A stretch of DNA of 64,000 bases from a virus (IMGVR_UViG_3300025102_000021:784-64783); one strand, 5' to 3'. Numbered from the stretch's first letter, positions 39,158-50,181 are shown. The notes: a model not told the origin generated them from the sequence alone. Made by a program: numbers and translations.

Positions 39158-39193
39158 AAAAAAAATAAAGGGGAGAACTTAATCTCCCCTTTA
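39158..39193 (-). terminator. Rho-independent terminator after the major capsid gene
   Basis: Minus strand TAAAGGGGAGA-TTAAGT-TCTCCCCTTTA followed by T8. Confidence 0.88.
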
Positions 39194-39204
39194 AGTAATG
39201 TTGC

Positions 39205-40641
39205 TTACTTCATCAACATGAAGTTATTAGCACCCTGAACGATTAAACATCTTTCAGATAAGTAGTGCATTTCCATAGCATCTAAATCAGAAGTGAATTG
39301 TCCACCAACTGATCCAGTCACCCATGTTTTCATTTTACGATCTTCCATTTGAGAAGCTCTATAACGAACGTGTAAGAACGGACGCTTTAAGTTTCTACCT
39401 AATTGTTGATCGTAGACTGAAGATACACCTGCAGGTACAATAACCCCACGAATAGCGTTAACAGTATCAATTAAACCTCCACGAGTTCCTTTGTCATTCA
39501 AATATTTGAAATCAGACTTGTAGAAATCGTAAGATCCTCTACGGAAACCAGAGAAGCCTAAGTTTAATGCCATGTCTTCAGAGTTGTTGAATACACCGTA
39601 AGATGTACCACCAGCACCGTAAGAGTTCATAGAAGCTAACATATCGTCCATAGCTAGAGACACGTCTCTGTTTACAAACATCATGTTTTCTTCAATAGCA
39701 CCTTGCTTGTCAAATTCAGCTAAGATAGCGTCAAACTCAGCTAAATCAGTAGCAGCGTTAACACCAGTAATACCAGTTGTAACGTGACCACGAGTTTCAA
39801 TAGCAGAGAATAAACCTTCAGTACCTACTTTACCAGTAGAAGCTGCACCGTCGACAGTTAAATAGCCATCAACGTCGTTTGTAGCAGCACCTTTCTCAGA
39901 CTCTAACATAGTCATCTCTAGGTAGTCAGCAAAACGAGCGCGAGTATCACCTTCAGCTTTTAAGTACCAGTAGTATCCATTTTGTCCATCTTCACCAGAA
40001 ACTTCAACCCAACCAATTTGAGTAGTGTCAGATCCAGAGATCTCATACTTGTCTTTGATTATGATTGGCTTGTTAGTGAACGACTTGAACTGAGGCTCAA
40101 TAGCTCCAACTCTACCGTTAGCACCTTTTTGATACTCAGAACCGTAAACTAATACAGATAGAGAAGCACTTGCAAACACAGAAGTGAAACTAGCGTTTTC
40201 AAATAGCTCAACAGTGATAACATCACCAGTGACATCAGATACAATACCTCTTTTAGTTTTAGTAGCACTAGAGATTAATAACAAATCGTTTGCTCTAATA
40301 GCGTGAGAACCTGTCATATCGTTACCATCTACATCGTTAGCTACAGTAAACGTTTCGTTGGAAGCGTGTGCTGCTGCAGTGTATGATAAGTGTAAACGAC
40401 CTTGCTCAGACCAAATAACTTGATCAGAAGACATAGCCTCTTCAGCTCCTACTTGAGATAAAAATCCTGAAATAGTTCTGTTACCAAATACTTCAGCTTC
40501 TTGCTCTAGTAGATCTGGTAAGTGTTGTTGTGCCCAACCAGCGGTGCCGCTAGCCGTAAAGTCAATGTAATTAGACTGCTTTGTGTGTTTCTGCGGGGCA
40601 GGAACAGCATTCAAAGTAGCAGCGTTATTAGTAATTGCCAT
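39205..40641 (-). CDS. Major capsid protein
   Basis: 478 aa, after portal and scaffold, followed by a terminator. crAss-like features WSEQGRLH, GTEGLFSAI, LGFSGFRRG, YLSERCL...GANNF. Confidence 0.88.
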   Translation of the reverse strand: MAITNNAATLNAVPAPQKHTKQSNYIDFTASGTAGWAQQHLPDLLEQEAEVFGNRTISGFLSQVGAEEAMSSDQVIWSEQGRLHLSYTAAAHASNETFTVANDVDGNDMTGSHAIRANDLLLISSATKTKRGIVSDVTGDVITVELFENASFTSVFASASLSVLVYGSEYQKGANGRVGAIEPQFKSFTNKPIIIKDKYEISGSDTTQIGWVEVSGEDGQNGYYWYLKAEGDTRARFADYLEMTMLESEKGAATNDVDGYLTVDGAASTGKVGTEGLFSAIETRGHVTTGITGVNAATDLAEFDAILAEFDKQGAIEENMMFVNRDVSLAMDDMLASMNSYGAGGTSYGVFNNSEDMALNLGFSGFRRGSYDFYKSDFKYLNDKGTRGGLIDTVNAIRGVIVPAGVSSVYDQQLGRNLKRPFLHVRYRASQMEDRKMKTWVTGSVGGQFTSDLDAMEMHYLSERCLIVQGANNFMLMK

Positions 40642-40659
40642 AATTAAATGTTTTTAAAG

Positions 40660-41772
40660 TTATTTTTTAATTTTAAATTTAAGCGAATTAGAATCATCAC
40701 CAAGAACTCTATATTTTACACCACCAGTCTCTACACCATCGCTAAGCGATTGCCTTGGAGCCATGTCTATATTTTTAGCACTCGAAACACTATCCTTGAT
40801 AGCATCTGCTTTACCTTGTTCGTAAAAGTGCTTTGCTACAGCGTCGGCATTCATTGCTGTGTAAAGTGATTTGTGGTATGCGTCTGCGTTTGTCAAGTTA
40901 CCGTCATTGTCAAGAAACTTCTTAACAAAGTTATTGATGTCGCTTTGCTCTTCTTTTACTTGATCTTTATTGTTAACATTAAACCTAAAATTCTTTTCAC
41001 CTAAGTTAAATTCAAAACCTTTGAATTTTTCGCTAAAAAGATTATCAGTCTTTTGTTGAAACCTTGAAGATCTTTCTTCTATAGTTCTTTGGTTTTCTTC
41101 TGATTCTTTTTGGTAGCGATTGAAAAAATCTACCGCTTTCTGCTGTTCTTCAGACAGAGTATTGTTGGTTTTAACATCGGTGTAATACTTAGCTTTTTGA
41201 TCTTCTAAGTATTGTTTAGCGCTGGCAACTTGCTCTTTTAACGCTAATTTTTTTCTTTTTATATCGTTTTCTTCATCGATCTCTTCATCGTATGAAAAAT
41301 TATCTTCTAATAAAAAATCAACCTCGTCACCTGTCAAGTGAGGCTTTGTTTTAGAGTAGTACTCTCTTAAAGCATCTTGATTATCCATCTCTGAATAGTC
41401 CCTGTTTAGCGAAACGTAATCTTCTACAGACCCACCTGTTTCTTTTATAAAGCTAACTAAACTGTCTACCCCTTCAGGTAAATCATTACTTGTTTCACTC
41501 GATTGTTTAACTTCTTCTACAACTTTTTGCTCTATAGGCTGCTCTTCTACAGCCTTGACTTCTTCAACAATCTCTTTTAAGGCTTCGGTAGGCTCTTCTA
41601 CAGCAGGCTCTTCTGTTTTAGGTGTTGACAAGTTAACTTTGTAAACAGAGTCGTCATCTTTAGATTCAAACTTGCTAAAGTCTTGTTTTACTTCCTCCTT
41701 AGGTTGTTCTACAGCTTCTGGAGTTTCTTGCTGAATCTCTTCAACAATAGGTTCTTTTTTTTCTTCTTCCAT
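40660..41772 (-). CDS. Capsid scaffolding protein
   Basis: Highly acidic N-terminus, coiled coil and HFYEQGKADA. Lies between portal and capsid genes. Confidence 0.75.
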   Translation of the reverse strand: MEEEKKEPIVEEIQQETPEAVEQPKEEVKQDFSKFESKDDDSVYKVNLSTPKTEEPAVEEPTEALKEIVEEVKAVEEQPIEQKVVEEVKQSSETSNDLPEGVDSLVSFIKETGGSVEDYVSLNRDYSEMDNQDALREYYSKTKPHLTGDEVDFLLEDNFSYDEEIDEENDIKRKKLALKEQVASAKQYLEDQKAKYYTDVKTNNTLSEEQQKAVDFFNRYQKESEENQRTIEERSSRFQQKTDNLFSEKFKGFEFNLGEKNFRFNVNNKDQVKEEQSDINNFVKKFLDNDGNLTNADAYHKSLYTAMNADAVAKHFYEQGKADAIKDSVSSAKNIDMAPRQSLSDGVETGGVKYRVLGDDSNSLKFKIKK

Positions 41773-41795
41773 AATATAATATAATTAGTTAATAG

Positions 41796-44219
41796 TTATC
41801 TTGGATCAAACTTGTTTAATCGCATACCTCCGCCTATAACATCATTTCCTGATGATTCAAATCTTTGCGGGGCTTTGCCTTTTTCTTTTTGATCCATTAA
41901 AGCACTCTTTTGTGAGGCTTGCATTTTTGTTCTTTCGTCTTTTCTGTCTTCTCTAGATACCTCAGCTTCTCTGCTAGCTCTAGCTTCAACATCTTTTAAT
42001 TGCATGTTTAATTCAAACTCATACTTCATAAGATCTTTCTTAACCAAAGCTTCTTGCTGTAATTGTTGTATTTTAAGCTCAGTCTTAGCTTGTTCTAACT
42101 GAGTATTCATTTGAACCATAGCTTGCTGCTTTTGTACTTCAGCTTGAGCTACAGCTTGCTGTGATTGAGCGTTCGCTTGAGCTTGAGCCTGTATGTTTTG
42201 TTGCTGCATCTCTTGATCCCTTTCTGCCTTTTGCTTTCTTCTAATTTTAAGAAGTTGATTAGCTAACTTTAAGTTTCTTATATCTCTAAGATCGATAGCG
42301 TCCTCTAAGTCTATTAGTTTTTGACCTAAGGCTACTTGTATGTTATTTTCTAACATTTGTTTTTCTTCGTCGTCAGGCATTAACTCTAAGAATATACCAA
42401 AATCATACAGGTGTAAGTTTGCCATTTCTTCAAGTGTAGCTACGTTGTGAGCTCCGATAGCTTGTACAAAAGCATCTTTTGTTGGAGAGTACTCTATAAC
42501 ATCAGATATTCTAAGCGATAAAGCTTCTGCTACTTGTGCTGTTAAGAATAAGCCAGACTGTAGTATATGTCTAGTAGCTACGTTAGAGTTTGCTGCAGCT
42601 AGCTTTTGAACACCAACCAAAGCGTTTTTGTCAGGAGTGCTACCGTCCCTAGCCTCGTTTAGACCAGTTACATCTCGCATCATTTGAAGATAATAGTTGT
42701 AACTACCTATTAATGCTTGCATTTTGTTGCCACCACCACCAGACTGTATTTCTCTAATAGGCACAGCACCAGGGTTACCTTCACCTAGAGAGTTCATTGA
42801 CCTACCAATAACGCTACCCGTCTGGAAGAACATGTTTAAAGCTTCTTGAGGATTGTAGTTTGTGCCGTTACCTAAGTCGATCTCAGCTAAACCATCAGCG
42901 TCAAGATAAACACCGTCTGGAACCATCTTAGACATCACTTGTTGTAGCTTTAAGTGTGTAAGCTGTATCATATCAGCAAAACCTGTTATTCTACTAACAA
43001 TAGATTCTGTTCTGCCGTTGTACATTCTAGGAGCTACTATAGCATAGTTCATTTTAACTTTAGTGAAGTCACTTTTTGGTCTAACCATATTTTTAGCCAT
43101 CTCCCACTTTAACAGAGTATCTGTACCTAGTATTATAGCGCCGTCATAAACACACTCTATAGATCTAGATACTCTCTTAAAGTTTCCTTGCTTGTCTTCT
43201 GGTGGATTAAAGCTGTCGTTTTTTGGTATAGCTCTTTCACCGCCAGTACCTGTTTCTTTTACTTTGTAAACATTGTTCATATACGTCTTGTAGTTAAAAT
43301 ACAAAACTTGAACTTTATTGTTGTCTGTTTTATTTGAGTTTCTAACTCGTTGATAACCGTATCTAGATCTATTGTTTGGCTTGTTAGCTATTTCTTCTAG
43401 CTCAGCTTGACTTAGATCAGGAAATTGTTTAGCTAGCTCGTTTATAGGTATTGTTTTAACTTCACCCACGTAGTATACGTCATCAAAATAAGGTGAATCA
43501 GTATACGACCAAACCATATTAGCAGGATCAACATAATCAACAGTAATTCCCTCGGACGTATTAAACCCTGTTTTAACAGCACCAATACCTAGCACGGTAA
43601 GATCGTAGTAAAATCTTTTTGATATTAAATCGTAATCGTTACCCTTCATCAGCACAGCTATAGCTTGCTCTTCGGCTATTTCAACCTCTTGCTTGTAAGT
43701 AAGCTGCATGTGAAGCATTAGCTCTTCCTCTGTTTGAGGCAGCGTGTCTGGTTCGTTTTCTGTTATATCTACTTTAAATGTATCTCTAACTTTTTCAGCA
43801 AAGTCTTTAGTTCGCATGTCGTCTAATATGGACTGCATGTACGAAGTTCTTTTATCTACGCCGTATGGATCTTGAGAATAAGCTTTTATATCGTAAGATC
43901 TATCAGCCATGCCGTTAACAACTATATCTACGAATTTAGGTATAATAGGCACCGGCTTCCAGTCTAAGTTTAAGTAGCTTAAGTCACCATTTATAGATAA
44001 CTCATCTTTGTATTTTTGTATCGACTGCTCGCCTCTAGCGTACAACCTCAGCTTGTGAAATCTTTCTTTGTTTTCTATGTATCTATTGTTAGTGTAGTTC
44101 TCGTTAAACCACTCTTGCTCTATGGCTTTAGCAACTTTTAAACCATACTCTGGCAACATTTTTTCTAAATCACTAACTACTTGTGAAGGAAAATAACTTT
44201 TTACAACTGACTCAGCCAT
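41796..44219 (-). CDS. Portal protein
   Basis: 807 aa after terminase. PIIPKFVDIVV, DVTGLNEARDG and a Gln-rich C-terminal barrel coiled coil. Confidence 0.9.
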   Translation of the reverse strand: MAESVVKSYFPSQVVSDLEKMLPEYGLKVAKAIEQEWFNENYTNNRYIENKERFHKLRLYARGEQSIQKYKDELSINGDLSYLNLDWKPVPIIPKFVDIVVNGMADRSYDIKAYSQDPYGVDKRTSYMQSILDDMRTKDFAEKVRDTFKVDITENEPDTLPQTEEELMLHMQLTYKQEVEIAEEQAIAVLMKGNDYDLISKRFYYDLTVLGIGAVKTGFNTSEGITVDYVDPANMVWSYTDSPYFDDVYYVGEVKTIPINELAKQFPDLSQAELEEIANKPNNRSRYGYQRVRNSNKTDNNKVQVLYFNYKTYMNNVYKVKETGTGGERAIPKNDSFNPPEDKQGNFKRVSRSIECVYDGAIILGTDTLLKWEMAKNMVRPKSDFTKVKMNYAIVAPRMYNGRTESIVSRITGFADMIQLTHLKLQQVMSKMVPDGVYLDADGLAEIDLGNGTNYNPQEALNMFFQTGSVIGRSMNSLGEGNPGAVPIREIQSGGGGNKMQALIGSYNYYLQMMRDVTGLNEARDGSTPDKNALVGVQKLAAANSNVATRHILQSGLFLTAQVAEALSLRISDVIEYSPTKDAFVQAIGAHNVATLEEMANLHLYDFGIFLELMPDDEEKQMLENNIQVALGQKLIDLEDAIDLRDIRNLKLANQLLKIRRKQKAERDQEMQQQNIQAQAQANAQSQQAVAQAEVQKQQAMVQMNTQLEQAKTELKIQQLQQEALVKKDLMKYEFELNMQLKDVEARASREAEVSREDRKDERTKMQASQKSALMDQKEKGKAPQRFESSGNDVIGGGMRLNKFDPR

Positions 44220-44221
44220 AC

Positions 44222-46435
44222 TTATTTTTTAATTAATATTGATGATAAACCATCGTTCTTATATCGAGCAATATTTAAGCTCACTTTATTAGTATTACTT
44301 GATTTAGGATAGTATAAATGTCTATTGCAAGCCATAATAGCTAACCCTGAGCTTATAGCGGCGTCAAACTTAGTTCTTTTGTTGATGTCAAACTTAGCCC
44401 AGTCGTTAAGAGTTTCGTTAAAATACACATTACCGTAGTTGCCGTCTCCTTTATGCCCAACGTGGTCATTTATGTACATTTCGATAGCAGCGGCGTGAGA
44501 CTGTTTTATGTCTTCACTAGAGTTTGGTATACCTCCAACTTCTTTTTCAGCAACAGATAGTTTATTCCAAACTTTATCTGGTCTATTCATAGAGTATCCC
44601 CTGTATCCTCTTCTCTTTAAGTAGTACAGTAATCTTGGTTTGTTGTTCTCAGCAAGTAATGGCATACCGTAAAACACTAAAGCCATTAACACGTCTTCAA
44701 AAAATATCTCAGCTGTAGGTGGTCTTGACACATACTCTAAGAAAAAAGTGTTCGCGGGAGCATCTTCCATTGAAAACTTAGTCAAGCCATGCAAAGCACC
44801 GTTAGAACCTCTACCGTCCACTGTTCCACTAATATCGTAGCTATCACAGCCAAATGCACCTACGTGCTCGTTTCCTGGTAGTTTAATGCCTTGTTTTATT
44901 ATCTGTCTGTTTTGCAAACCTATACTAGGAACCCAGCTAACTTTAAACCTACCACCTGGGTCTGGTACAAAAACAACCTTAGTGTCTTTTATTCCGTTTT
45001 GCCACTGAAAGTTTCCTGTGGTAACAGCATTAGAGTTTCTTATTCCTTCGTTATAATCTATTTGCTCGTATATCTTAACTAGATTAAATAGACTATTTTT
45101 AGTTTCATCTCTAAACGCATGCTCCGTAGTCCTAGGAAACTGACGGTAAAATTCATTTAGTCCATCTTGATCACCTTTTAATCCTTCTACTTCATTGTCC
45201 CAGTATTCTATTATACCTATGTCTATTAGTTCACCGTCGGGTCCACGAGTTTCTCTTCTTGGAGTATTAAACACAGGTCGTCCATGCTCATCAATAAAAC
45301 CTTCATAGTTCCATTCCATTGGGATAAACAAAGAATATAAACCAGAGCGTGTTTGTCCATTTGCGTTTCTTTTAGTGACATCGCTGTCGTTATATAATTT
45401 TTTAAAGTTATCACCACCTTTGTCTAAAGCGTTTGACGTTGATCCCATCATACACTTACCTACTATTCTAGAACCTAGTCTAAGACAAGTTTTAGTTACT
45501 CGCCAGTTGTTTAATATGTTGTCAGGTCTTTCCCACTTACCACTTTCATCGTGAACTAGTAGGCTAAGTTTTTCACCATCATAACTATTGTCACCTGTAT
45601 TCTTCCAATCAATCGTAGTGTCTAGACCTTGTATGTCTTCTAGCTTTTCTTTTGATGTAATTTTTTTACGAGTAAATTTACTTGCAGGAACACGGTAGGC
45701 TAGCTCAGACTTTGGTCTATCCATACCATCTTGTATTGGCTTAAAAAAGAAAGGGTAGTTTATGGATATTGGTACAACCTTGTCTGTAAACATTTTTTTA
45801 GCATCGGCACCAGACTTAGATAATATACCGTACCTACTATCACTAGATATTGTTGCTTGGTTAACGGTTTCAGCACTACTCATAAACGAAAAACCAGAAC
45901 GCCTATTTTTAAGATAACACATACCGTAGCATCTAACATCCGCTTTACAAGCTTCCCAAAATATAAAAAACAATCTATTTGCTTCACGAAAGTCTGGAGC
46001 ACCAACGTCTATCTTGCTCCATTGAAGATACATATAATGACTACCGGGTAGATATGTAGTAGTTCCATCGTTGTCGAACCAAAACCCTTCGTCTCTACGT
46101 TTAAACTCTTCGTCTATATAGTCATACCACTGTTCTTTTTGTTCTTCAGGATACTCTCTCCAGTCGAATATGCTTTTTATTTTCTTTAGTATAGAAGGTT
46201 TTTCAAGCTGCTTCCATTTTTTAAGCTCGTTGCTATACACATTTTTTGGAGCTAGAGGTAAAGCAATTTTTAAACCTTGTATATCGTATATTTCGCCGAT
46301 TTGACCTGTCTTAGATATAACGACAACGTCATGCTCTTTGTTATAGCCATAGCTCCACTTCTTAGACTTATTAAGTCTTTTAATAGTGTTGCTTCTTATT
46401 GGTTGTATTATTTTATATAAACTCTGTTCGTACAT
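44222..46435 (-). CDS. terL: Terminase large subunit
   Basis: Walker A variant LKNRRSGFS, Walker B LLVHDESGKW, GSTSN, nuclease GCDSY, LAENN, KFDAAIS. Confidence 0.92.
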   Translation of the reverse strand: MYEQSLYKIIQPIRSNTIKRLNKSKKWSYGYNKEHDVVVISKTGQIGEIYDIQGLKIALPLAPKNVYSNELKKWKQLEKPSILKKIKSIFDWREYPEEQKEQWYDYIDEEFKRRDEGFWFDNDGTTTYLPGSHYMYLQWSKIDVGAPDFREANRLFFIFWEACKADVRCYGMCYLKNRRSGFSFMSSAETVNQATISSDSRYGILSKSGADAKKMFTDKVVPISINYPFFFKPIQDGMDRPKSELAYRVPASKFTRKKITSKEKLEDIQGLDTTIDWKNTGDNSYDGEKLSLLVHDESGKWERPDNILNNWRVTKTCLRLGSRIVGKCMMGSTSNALDKGGDNFKKLYNDSDVTKRNANGQTRSGLYSLFIPMEWNYEGFIDEHGRPVFNTPRRETRGPDGELIDIGIIEYWDNEVEGLKGDQDGLNEFYRQFPRTTEHAFRDETKNSLFNLVKIYEQIDYNEGIRNSNAVTTGNFQWQNGIKDTKVVFVPDPGGRFKVSWVPSIGLQNRQIIKQGIKLPGNEHVGAFGCDSYDISGTVDGRGSNGALHGLTKFSMEDAPANTFFLEYVSRPPTAEIFFEDVLMALVFYGMPLLAENNKPRLLYYLKRRGYRGYSMNRPDKVWNKLSVAEKEVGGIPNSSEDIKQSHAAAIEMYINDHVGHKGDGNYGNVYFNETLNDWAKFDINKRTKFDAAISSGLAIMACNRHLYYPKSSNTNKVSLNIARYKNDGLSSILIKK

Positions 46436-46710
46436 TATTTAGATCTACCTTCAGCAAAACCTTTAAAAACTCTTTCCTTTTTTTCTTCTACAACTTTACC
46501 ATCAAGCAAAGCCTGCTCTTCTTGTATACGATTAAGTATTTCAAAGGCATCGAATATAGCTAGCTTTTTTGTAGCCGCAGCATTTTTAAGTCTATCAGCG
46601 GTAATGTCATCACCACTATCAACAATAGCTTCTTTAGCCACTTTAATAAGTTCTTCAACTGCTCTATGCCCAGCTTGGATTATACTCTTCTTCGTCTCCT
46701 TGATATTCAT
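46435..46710 (-). CDS. Putative terminase small subunit
   Basis: Helical 91-aa protein coupled directly to terL. Confidence 0.5.
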   Translation of the reverse strand: MNIKETKKSIIQAGHRAVEELIKVAKEAIVDSGDDITADRLKNAAATKKLAIFDAFEILNRIQEEQALLDGKVVEEKKERVFKGFAEGRSK

Positions 46711-47272
46711 ATTTAATTGTAATAAAATTAGACATTACTCTATACAGCCTTTTTCCATCTATAACAAACTCATACTCAGAGCTAGGCCTAAAGCCTACTA
46801 AGTCTCCTATGTTTACAGTACCGTCAGAGTATTTAACTACACCTACTAGTGGTTTTTCTTTTTCTGCAGAAAAATCTTTATTGTCTTTTATAGGTTGAAT
46901 AAAACAATATCCTTTAGGCGCTTCCCACTTAGAATCTTTAAACCTCGTCCAGTTTGCATGAGGTTTATACAAGAATATTTGATCTTGATAAACTACATAA
47001 GTTTCTTCGTCGAAATAGTTCTTGCTATTTCTTTCGTTACCGTATTGATCCTCCCATCTTCTAAAAACGTTGTGGTGAACTATAACTGTATCGCCGGGTT
47101 TTATACCCAACGTATCTTGATGAGTAGGTACGCTTATAACTTTAGCCTCTCTGTTGACAAACTGATGATTGAAGTTTTCAGAGTTTACAATTAGCTCTTT
47201 GTCACCTACAGACTTTGTGTTATTGTATCTAGACCCTAACGGTCTTACAACAAAACCGTAAACGCTTTTCAT
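46664..47272 (-). CDS. Tandem GroES-like domain protein
   Basis: AKVISVP...IKPGDTVIV and GVVKY...VNIGDLVGF...EFVIDGKRLY: two GroES-like halves. Confidence 0.6.
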   Translation of the reverse strand: MKSVYGFVVRPLGSRYNNTKSVGDKELIVNSENFNHQFVNREAKVISVPTHQDTLGIKPGDTVIVHHNVFRRWEDQYGNERNSKNYFDEETYVVYQDQIFLYKPHANWTRFKDSKWEAPKGYCFIQPIKDNKDFSAEKEKPLVGVVKYSDGTVNIGDLVGFRPSSEYEFVIDGKRLYRVMSNFITIKYEYQGDEEEYNPSWA

Positions 47273-47493
47273 TAGTACTCTAGGTTATACTCTACGGATA
47301 CCGCCATGTTCTTGTTGAAGTCTTTCCAGGGTAGTACGTCTTTTCTTTTTTTTATATATATAGAGTACTTGTCGTTTTCTTCGATAATATCACATATAAC
47401 GTGACCACCATAGACCTCTTGTCCTACGGAGTAGTGCATTGAGTCTATTTTGTAGTCTTTACCTATTGTTATTTTACGAATTAGCTTGCTCAT
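47272..47493 (-). CDS. Hypothetical protein
   Basis: 73-aa coupled ORF. Confidence 0.7.
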   Translation of the reverse strand: MSKLIRKITIGKDYKIDSMHYSVGQEVYGGHVICDIIEENDKYSIYIKKRKDVLPWKDFNKNMAVSVEYNLEY

Positions 47494-47755
47494 CTTCCGT
47501 GTATTTTATAGAACCATCTTCTATGTTAATGTCAGCGGAGCCATACTCTTTTTTAAACTCACTTCTCATTTTAGAAATCATATCGCTTGCTTGAAAGCAT
47601 AGGTGCAGCATCTCGTGTTTGCGAGTTTCTAACGCACCTATTTGATTTTGGTAGTTTTGCAGTGATCTTACTGCTGCTTGAAGTTTTTCTAGTTGATCGC
47701 TGTTAATACGATCAGGTCTAAGGTCTTTTACCTTAGGCGTCTTTCTTTTTGCCAT
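47474..47755 (-). CDS. Coiled-coil hypothetical protein
   Basis: 93-aa ORF with an A/T-rich leader. Confidence 0.7.
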   Translation of the reverse strand: MAKRKTPKVKDLRPDRINSDQLEKLQAAVRSLQNYQNQIGALETRKHEMLHLCFQASDMISKMRSEFKKEYGSADINIEDGSIKYTEDEQANS

Positions 47756-47785
47756 GATTTAATTTAATTTAAGTTAATTGTTTAT

Positions 47786-48520
47786 TTAGTCTTCAAATCC
47801 AAACACTAAAGTAATAGGATTTACGTCGAATATAATATCATCTTCTGCTATAGCATCTGTGTTAGCCGCAGTTAATGTTATTTGAGTAGAGGTATCAGCA
47901 GTTTTAACAGTACCCAAAACAGCGTCGTCTTGAGCGTGTAAAACATTGCCTGGGGCAAAGTGCTCACGTACATCCATACCACTACCGTCCATTGTAATAA
48001 CTGTTTGAGTACCTGCGCCAAAATCAGCCTCATTAATAGCGTTAATGCTTGTAAAATTAAAATTACCAGCCGCTATACAGCCAACGTAAATTTTGTGATA
48101 ACCTGTAGTTGCAGGTTCATCTACATCTGGCGCTACAACTAGTGGAGCGTGACCACCTACGGTGCTATTAGAAGTAGAAGCTACGGCTGTAGATCTCATT
48201 GAAGTTGGACCAAAACTAGTTGCTGGAAACTCAATCATACCTGTTATGTTACTATTTGGTCTTCTGTCAGCGGCGGCGCCAACAGTACCTAGCGATATAT
48301 CGTTGTTTGATGCGAATAGTAATTGAAAAGGAAAAGCGTTCTGGGTTGGAGCCGCGTCACCTTTAGGCTTTATGATAGCTGCAGCGCTAACTAACTTACC
48401 GCTACCTCTTGGTATTTCAAAACCTGTCCAATCAAAAAGTACTTCTCCTGACGCAAATGCTTCGGCGTTTTGAATACTAGCTGCTATTGTAGGTTTTACT
48501 TTTACTGTATAATATCCCAT
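47786..48520 (-). CDS. Putative virion structural protein
   Basis: Ala/Thr/Gly-rich, beta-type 244-aa protein. Confidence 0.6.
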   Translation of the reverse strand: MGYYTVKVKPTIAASIQNAEAFASGEVLFDWTGFEIPRGSGKLVSAAAIIKPKGDAAPTQNAFPFQLLFASNNDISLGTVGAAADRRPNSNITGMIEFPATSFGPTSMRSTAVASTSNSTVGGHAPLVVAPDVDEPATTGYHKIYVGCIAAGNFNFTSINAINEADFGAGTQTVITMDGSGMDVREHFAPGNVLHAQDDAVLGTVKTADTSTQITLTAANTDAIAEDDIIFDVNPITLVFGFED

Positions 48521-48525
48521 TTTAT

Positions 48526-48912
48526 TTATTTTTTTATTTTTTCGTATGAGCGTCCACCAAAGTAGGCACCTATTACAGTTATTAATACTAATTGTAGTAG
48601 ATCAACCCACTTGTCCTCTACTGTAAACATAATTACACCAGCATCTATAAAAATTAGCAACGTAGTGCAAATAACTAGCCAAGCTAGAACTAGCGGGCGT
48701 ATTGATTTACTGAGCCATGAATCAGACTGCATGTCCGATTTCCACCTTGACGTAACCTCTTCTTGCATCTTGGCTTCGCTGTCTAAAAGCATTTGCTTTA
48801 TCTTAGCTTTAGCCTCGTCGCGTTCTTTATCTGTAGTAATAACCTTGTCTAATATTCCCTCTGCGTTATCTACTACTTTACCTAATAAACCTCCTATTAA
48901 GTTATTTATCAT
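48526..48912 (-). CDS. Holin (3TM/GTA-holin-like)
   Basis: RWKSDMQSDSWLSKSIRPL, two TM segments, GAYFGGRSYEK. Confidence 0.8.
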   Translation of the reverse strand: MINNLIGGLLGKVVDNAEGILDKVITTDKERDEAKAKIKQMLLDSEAKMQEEVTSRWKSDMQSDSWLSKSIRPLVLAWLVICTTLLIFIDAGVIMFTVEDKWVDLLQLVLITVIGAYFGGRSYEKIKK

Positions 48913-49409
48913 GATTTTTTAGCTTTGTTAGGCTCAAGTTTTCTACGATGAGCTTGACCTAGTTTAGTTCCTTCGGTAGCTCTATCTTCTAACTTACTTA
49001 TCTTATCTAACTTCCTTTGAGCTTTTTTGTCTTTACCTTTTCTATTTGCTTTTTCAGCTTTATCTTCGATCTTAGATATTCTATTGTAAATTCTTTCTTG
49101 CTTTTTCTCTTCTTTTACAGTTCTAAAACCAGGCTCGTTAAAATGATCTTTAGCAGCATCAACGTCTGTGTAAGCTTTTATTTCTTTTTTAGCTCCTTTA
49201 AATTCTTTTCTAGTTATATCACCAGACTTAAATTCTTTTTTCCTGTCTGCTATAAGACGTTTGTTAGATTCTTTAAGTATTTTTTTGTCTTGCTTTTCGA
49301 CATCAGGTTTATCACCGCTTTTTCTCTTCTTCATCGGCGAACCTTTAGAGTCAGCGTTACACATGCAATTTTTGCCGTAGAAAGACGAACCTTTCATTTT
49401 AAACTCCAT
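48909..49409 (-). CDS. Highly basic protein
   Basis: MEFKMKG...GSPMKK, Lys rich. Confidence 0.7.
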   Translation of the reverse strand: MEFKMKGSSFYGKNCMCNADSKGSPMKKRKSGDKPDVEKQDKKILKESNKRLIADRKKEFKSGDITRKEFKGAKKEIKAYTDVDAAKDHFNEPGFRTVKEEKKQERIYNRISKIEDKAEKANRKGKDKKAQRKLDKISKLEDRATEGTKLGQAHRRKLEPNKAKKS

Positions 49410-49410
49410 A

Positions 49411-50181
49411 TTAGTATTTTTTAGATTTACAACCTCTTTTAGTTAAAGCAGAATCTTTTCCACCCTCTTTTTTTCTACCTCTAATGTTAGATCCTTGTTT
49501 TGCTACTATCGCTTCTGCGGCTGCAGCGCCTTTCAAGTCCTTACCTTCTTTAGTCCCTACGGCAACTGAACCACTAGCGCGTTTCTTCTTGCTCAAGCCA
49601 AATCTTCCGTATCTTGTAGTTTCTTTTTTAACATTACCTTGCTTGTCGTATTTTACTTTAACAGTTTTTTTACTTCTTCCTTTTCCAGCAGTCATTTTAA
49701 CTTTCTTAACGTCTTTAACGCTAGCGCCTGGATTACTTGGATCAGAAATAATTCCGTCTTTACGCTTTCTTCCTTTTATCTTAACGTTAACTTTAGTATT
49801 TCTTACTTGTGGCTTACCACCAACCGTTGAAGTTAAATTGTCATCAGACTTTACTTTCTTAGAGTCAGCTCTAGATTGAGTTTCAGTCTTCGTAGTTGTG
49901 TTAGGCGTCTTATCTCCAGTATCTACGAATCTTTTCACATTGTCTTGTTGAGCCTTAAGAGACATATCTCTAGTCGTTGTGCGTTCTGGAATAGCATTAG
50001 TTTTAGTTCTATCTTTAGTGTAATCACCTATGTATTCTTCGCTTCTAGTGTCTTCCGTAAACTTTACTTTTTTCTTTGCAGGAGACGCCTCTATTTTTGC
50101 TTTTAAATGCTCAGGTAGTCTATGCTGTTTTCCAACTAACTTTTTCATTAGTGGACTTTTAGGTCTCATTTTAAATCCCAT
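49411..50181 (-). CDS. Highly basic protein
   Basis: MGFKMRPKSPLMKK...ASPAKKK, Lys rich. Confidence 0.7.
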   Translation of the reverse strand: MGFKMRPKSPLMKKLVGKQHRLPEHLKAKIEASPAKKKVKFTEDTRSEEYIGDYTKDRTKTNAIPERTTTRDMSLKAQQDNVKRFVDTGDKTPNTTTKTETQSRADSKKVKSDDNLTSTVGGKPQVRNTKVNVKIKGRKRKDGIISDPSNPGASVKDVKKVKMTAGKGRSKKTVKVKYDKQGNVKKETTRYGRFGLSKKKRASGSVAVGTKEGKDLKGAAAAEAIVAKQGSNIRGRKKEGGKDSALTKRGCKSKKY